Position numbers and translations under genes: made by a program
In this document: piece by piece, positions 59,938-64,000 of the stretch
How positions within the stretch are numbered: the stretch's first letter is position 1
Layout of the letters: the number at the start of each line of letters is the position of its first letter
The notes under the pieces: model-generated
Told to the model about the DNA's origin: nothing
Seen by the model: the letters and a program-made list of their open reading frames with translations, nothing else
The model's database searches: none
Source: an uncultured Clostridia bacterium
Lineage (GTDB): Bacteria; Bacillota; Clostridia; UBA1212
Reading direction: 5' to 3'
Assembly: GCA_947304585.1 (NCBI GenBank)
Contig: CAMZBI010000001.1
Span: 97,325-161,324 of the forward strand
Length of the DNA: 64,000 nt

Positions 59938-59982
59938 CATACAGACAGGAGAAGCCAATGCGAGACGGTGAGTGCATAACGT

Positions 59983-61071
59983 ATGGAACACTATTTCAAG
60001 AAGACGTTAAAGAATCTGGTAGATATCCGGGTTATTGGCATAACAAAGAATAATGCTTCTCAAAGACGCCTCTTCAAGTACGACATGTATCCGGAAAGAC
60101 TTTACAAATACCGTTCCTGCGATGAAAAAGGATTTGACGCTTTTGAAAAGGATTATGTCTATAGCCCACTTCCTTCTGCGTACGAAGACAAACAGGATTC
60201 AAAAGTATTTTTGGGCGGAGACTACTGCCACAAAGGGACGAACGAGACAACGAAGGTTTGCAAAATTATAGCAAAGAAGCTTTGGAGAGAGCATGCCAAA
60301 CAATTAAAGAGCATTGGTGCGGACAAGAAGTGGCTGATCAATGCTCTTTCGAACAATGTAATAGAGTCATACTCGATTGGAAAACTCCAGAGCGATTTTG
60401 AGGCAACCGTTGTGCGACGCTCAAAAAAAGAAAAGAAGGCCGCAATGGCGCAGTTCAAGAAACTGGTGGTCGATCCTATTATGGTCTTCATAAGAGATGC
60501 CGAAGTTGTTTTTTCAAAAATTGCGCATATTCATAGGAACAACGTTAAAGTTTGTTGCTTGACAGATTCATACGATTATATGCATTTATGGGAAAATTAT
60601 GCAGATGGCTATAGCGGCTTCGTAGTGGAATACACTAAGCCAGAAAGAAAACAGATCGATTCAAAAGCAATGAACTTAATGCTTGAAACCTTTCCTGTGG
60701 AGTATTTCAAAAAGAGACAAAAAATAGATATTTCGCCAATCTTAGTCGATATCATAAATAACAGACCGGTTAAGAAGGCAAGAAAGAAATCAAAAGCTGT
60801 TTTGGTAGATGCCCAAAGGCAGATACTACAAAAAAGACTTGAGTTCGAGGTTGAAAAAGAGTGGAGAATAATTCTTAACGACAAAGAGGATAGTAAGTTG
60901 AACTTTCCGTATGCCACGGCAGTTTACTGCGGGTATAATATCAAGGAAAACGATTTTGAGAGGATAAGACGTGTCTGCAGTAGTAAAGGATTAACTTTGT
61001 TTCGGCAAAGGCTTGAAAATGACGGAACGTTTTATTACGAGCGAGTTTACGATTATTCTTCGTCGGAATAG
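59983..61071 (+). CDS. DUF2971-like hypothetical protein.
   Basis: 'ERLYKYRS' near the N-terminus and 'CLTDSYDYMHLWENYADGYSGF' resemble the LYKY and xMWSHYAD blocks of DUF2971, recalled from memory. The true start may be the internal Met at 60088. Confidence 0.45.
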   Translation: MEHYFKKTLKNLVDIRVIGITKNNASQRRLFKYDMYPERLYKYRSCDEKGFDAFEKDYVYSPLPSAYEDKQDSKVFLGGDYCHKGTNETTKVCKIIAKKLWREHAKQLKSIGADKKWLINALSNNVIESYSIGKLQSDFEATVVRRSKKEKKAAMAQFKKLVVDPIMVFIRDAEVVFSKIAHIHRNNVKVCCLTDSYDYMHLWENYADGYSGFVVEYTKPERKQIDSKAMNLMLETFPVEYFKKRQKIDISPILVDIINNRPVKKARKKSKAVLVDAQRQILQKRLEFEVEKEWRIILNDKEDSKLNFPYATAVYCGYNIKENDFERIRRVCSSKGLTLFRQRLENDGTFYYERVYDYSSSE

Positions 61072-61133
61072 AGTGATGTTTTTAAACCAAATATCTCTCA
61101 TAATGACTAAAAATTAACGAAAGAGAGGGACGT

Positions 61134-61700
61134 ATGGATTCTTGGGAAAACATTACCGATCAGGTGCTTGAGGCAAAGGGAAGAACTCAATATAGTATAA
61201 CTGACGACTCTGATTTGGATTATGCTGCAAAATATGCTATTAGTGAGGCTTCTCGCTGGGATAACGCAATTTCTGTTTTGCAGCAAGCGAATAAACAATA
61301 CTTTGATTGCCAGATTTGTGTGATGACAGTGCTCTCTGCTGAGCTTTATCTAAAGGCAACTTTAATGTTGAATGGGATAAATGTGACGAAAGACAGAGAT
61401 TGCATGCAGCACAATTTAAGAAAACTGTTCGAGAAATTAGAAGAGTCTGATCAATTGTACATCAAAGAACAAATGGAACCATGCGACACAGAAACTATTC
61501 TCTTGATAAGTGAATGCATAGTACTCAGAGATTTTGATCAAAAGCTGGATTTTATCTCAAATGATTTTATAAACCTAAGATATCATTACGAAAAGTTTTT
61601 GAACGGAGAACCTATATTAACCCTTCAAAAGTTTACATTGGATTTTCGAGATTGCGTTAGAGATATTTCTAACAGAAAGAGTAAGGAGCGAGGTTTCTAA
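61134..61700 (+). CDS. HEPN-like hypothetical protein.
   Basis: All-helical 188-aa protein with 'KDRDCMQHN', which fits the HEPN R-x4-H motif. RBS AAAGAGAGGGA. Confidence 0.4.
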   Translation: MDSWENITDQVLEAKGRTQYSITDDSDLDYAAKYAISEASRWDNAISVLQQANKQYFDCQICVMTVLSAELYLKATLMLNGINVTKDRDCMQHNLRKLFEKLEESDQLYIKEQMEPCDTETILLISECIVLRDFDQKLDFISNDFINLRYHYEKFLNGEPILTLQKFTLDFRDCVRDISNRKSKERGF

Positions 61701-61771
61701 AACTATTCCGCTGGACTTCCGTTTTCTTTGTGATATTGTGTTTGCAGATCACACAGAAGGAGGTCTCAGAT

Positions 61772-61930
61772 TTGAGAATACTGATTGCAATTATTATCGC
61801 CATACTCACCGCACTTCTTGGCGTTGGGCACCCGGTAGAAGAAGTAAGTGTGACACCAATAGAACCGGTGGCAAAGGCGGAAACGGCGGTCTTGGAGAAC
61901 GGAATGATAAGGCCTAAACTTTGTCGGTAA
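61772..61930 (+). CDS. Candidate small hydrophobic (single-TM) peptide with a TTG start, downstream of the second operator copy.
   Basis: RBS GGAGG 8 nt before the TTG. 'RILIAIIIAILTALLGVG' TM segment. 52 aa. Confidence 0.3.
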   Translation: MRILIAIIIAILTALLGVGHPVEEVSVTPIEPVAKAETAVLENGMIRPKLCR

Positions 61931-62400
61931 CGATTTTTTGTCAGTTTAATATCATCGGCAGTGCCTTTGTACTCAACGACGTAAAATCGGAAGCCGGCAA
62001 CCGCAAGATCCCGATCCCGGACCAGACATACGAGGCGCTTCTTATGCAGAAACAAATGATCAAAGACCTTGGCATTAAGCTGCCGACGGTTGGCGACAAA
62101 AGCAACTTCTGCTTCTGCTCCGGCAGAGGGAGGCTGATCAGCGAGCAGCGCATAAACAGCATAATCCACCAAATCCTTGAAAAGCACAATGCCGAGAGGC
62201 CGGAGATTCCGTTGCCGAGGTTTTCGTGCCACACACTTCGCCACACCTATGCGACAAGACTTTGCGAGGCGGGGGTGTCAATCAAGGCCGCACAGACCCT
62301 TCTGGGACATGCGGACTTCCAGATGACTTACAATATTTACGTCGGAGCCGACGACAGTTTTGTCGCTGAGGAAGTGCAAAAGATAAACGGGTTGATGTGA
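61921..62400 (+). pseudogene. C-terminal ~159 aa of a tyrosine integrase (copy 4; longest, N-terminally truncated).
   Basis: 3' 345 nt identical to 53839-54183. Extends upstream through '...AFVLNDVKSEAGNRKIPIPDQTYEALL', which is typical of the integrase catalytic-domain beta-hairpin region. Begins right after a stop codon. Confidence 0.6.
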
Positions 62401-62403
62401 GGG

Positions 62404-62434
62404 AAAAAAGGACCCGCCCGGGGTGCCGGGCGGG
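62404..62434 (-). terminator. Shared GC hairpin terminator (copy 3 of the module).
   Basis: CCCGCCCGGGG-TG-CCGGGCGGGG with flanking A/T runs. Confidence 0.55.
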
Positions 62435-62472
62435 GGGTTATTAATGAAAAATGGCCGATATGTGAGTTTGGT

Positions 62473-63016
62473 TTATTTCAGTATTTCCCATGTTGATGTT
62501 TGTTTGGAGCCAATTCTTTGGATATAACCCTTTTCTCTAAGTGTGTCTAACGCCCTCTGTACAGTACGGCTTGTTTTTGATATCTTATTGGCAATTTCAT
62601 CCCTAGATGAATCCGGCTTTTGCCTCAGTATTGTAAGAACCATCATTTCTGTTCCGTTCAAAGTGACACTGGGGACGACAAAACTGTCACTTTGAAACTG
62701 TGGGCGGTACATTTGATGTTATGGTTAGTCAGTTGTTTTTGATTTTCCAGTAACCGTTTCTTGATGATCCAATACGCTCGATAATGCCTTTGTCTTTCAA
62801 GTTCTTCAAATACCCAGCTATTGTTTTTCTACTTACATTCATTATTTCGGCAAGTTGTATTACAGTGTATCCAGGGTCTTGAGCAAGGTAATTTAACAGA
62901 GCTTTTTCTTGATCGTTCACCCTATCGTTCACCCCATCGTTCACCCTAACGATCCGATCCTCCGGCCCGGTAATTAGATCATGGGGCGAATGGTAACTGC
63001 TGTTATCTTGTACCAC
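62473..63016 (-). pseudogene. Two consecutive C-terminal wHTH fragments (62473-62712 and 62729-63016) of AlbA_2/HATPase-type regulators. The second carries a (VNDR/G)n repeat encoded by a 12-bp tandem array at 62923-62958.
   Basis: 'ALDTLREKGYIQRIGSKQTSTWEILK' and 'LKNLKDKGIIERIGSSRNGYWKIKNN' both resemble the C-terminus of the 55031-56356 product. Neither has an AlbA_2 domain upstream. Hairpin CAAAGTGACA...TGTCACTTTG lies at 62655-62705. Confidence 0.45.
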
Positions 63017-63194
63017 AGGTGTTTAAGATTGAAATAAAATGCGAAATAAAGTACTATTTTAACGGGCGGTACTGCATAAGGACTTGGAAAAATGCTATTG
63101 CATTTTTCATACAAAGCTACATTACCGTGAATGCGGGGACCAGATTTAAACGTTTGGGTTAGGCGATATTTTTTTGGCTGCTAGGAGGATATAA

Positions 63195-63923
63195 GTGTTT
63201 GAAAACCAGATTGAAACATTAACCGCAATATTGAAATCCAAGGACATTAGAAATTACTCTGGTGATGCTTTTTTTAACATTATTAAAGCAGTTTCTCTTG
63301 GGGATATCAGTGCACTGCTTGGCACGGCAGTTGATTTGAAGAATATTCTATTTCATATCCCTACGGTTTTGTTTTGGGATAAAATGCAGCGTTATTTGTT
63401 TGGCACTTTTAGGGATTATAGTGATCAAGTTAAGATGTCGGCAAAATTTACCAGGGATAACAAGGATTACAAATCATTTGTAAAGAAACAGATACATTTG
63501 ATTAACGAAATGAATGACGATAGTAAAATTGATTATTTTGCAATGTTGACGCGTTGCTATCTTTTATGTGATATGGAGGAGGCTCTGTATTATAAGCTTG
63601 CACGATTTATCAACATTTGCACTCCCGAAGAATTGGAGTATATTAAAAAATTCGATTTTGAACGTAAGTCTGAGATTAATACCGTTATTTCATCGTTATA
63701 TCAATATGGCTTATTTGATCAAATAGAACAAGAACATGGCAGAGCATGCTACGGGCTTTCTGGCTTTGCAAAAGCGCTGAAAAGTAATAGCCTGAACTTT
63801 GATGAGGGATTGAAAGGCAGAGAAAGGTTTTTATCTTATAATCAAATACCTCCACTCAATATTGCTGAACCCATGACAGACGAAGATATTGACAGCCTTT
63901 TTGATGAGAAAGCAGATTACTAA
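63195..63923 (+). CDS. Hypothetical protein (242 aa), low GC, no recognisable motif.
   Basis: ORF with RBS AGGAGGATATAAGTG (GTG start); alpha-helical composition. Confidence 0.4.
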   Translation: MFENQIETLTAILKSKDIRNYSGDAFFNIIKAVSLGDISALLGTAVDLKNILFHIPTVLFWDKMQRYLFGTFRDYSDQVKMSAKFTRDNKDYKSFVKKQIHLINEMNDDSKIDYFAMLTRCYLLCDMEEALYYKLARFINICTPEELEYIKKFDFERKSEINTVISSLYQYGLFDQIEQEHGRACYGLSGFAKALKSNSLNFDEGLKGRERFLSYNQIPPLNIAEPMTDEDIDSLFDEKADY

Positions 63924-64000
63924 AAATGAGATGGGTTTATCGGAAGCGGTATTTTACGTCGGCTTCGATAAAGCGCAATTGGTGCAACACTTTAATTAAG

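Noticed and set aside
59957-60049. 30-aa ORF 'MRDGECITYGTLFQEDVKESGRYPGYWHNKE' with an RBS, overlapping the start of the 59983 gene in another frame.
   Set aside because: It cannot be distinguished from a chance ORF. It is kept only as a caveat that the true start of the DUF2971-like gene (59983 versus 60088) is uncertain.

Overview
High-GC (about 58-60% by eye) Firmicutes/Clostridia-like chromosomal window. Positions 1-48.7 kb are mostly core-like genes: several secreted or lipoprotein enzymes that look like a glycan/host-polymer foraging set (DHHW-domain protein, SGNH hydrolase, GH38 alpha-mannosidase, GH3 beta-glucosidase, GH2-like enzyme, sialate-O-acetylesterase-like esterase, glycerophosphodiester phosphodiesterase, C11 clostripain-like peptidase), two GNAT acetyltransferases, AlaX-L, an MBL hydrolase, a divergent sigma-70-family factor, a lone AddA-like helicase-nuclease and a 4-gene MacB/FtsX-type ABC efflux system. 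Two regions are clearly lower in GC and look horizontally acquired. The first (10.7-16.0 kb) is a tightly packed 3-gene cassette encoding a DUF4143 AAA ATPase, a small PD-(D/E)xK-like protein and a 1109-aa UvrD-family helicase with Zn-ribbon and HRDC-like C-terminus; I propose it as the leading candidate for an undescribed defence or anti-MGE system. The second (48.8-64 kb, to the window end) is a genomic island at a tRNA-Lys(CTT) gene. It carries at least three downstream copies of the tRNA 3'-end att core, four truncated copies of a tyrosine-integrase C-terminus, AlbA_2/HATPase_c_4 (Schlafen-like) proteins, a second DUF4143 ATPase, a complete C-M-R type II restriction-modification system, a DUF2971-like plus HEPN-like gene pair with a shared palindromic operator, and many short tandem-repeat arrays. 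No CRISPR array or rRNA was found. All calls rest on reading the sequence and on motif recognition from memory; no database searches were run.
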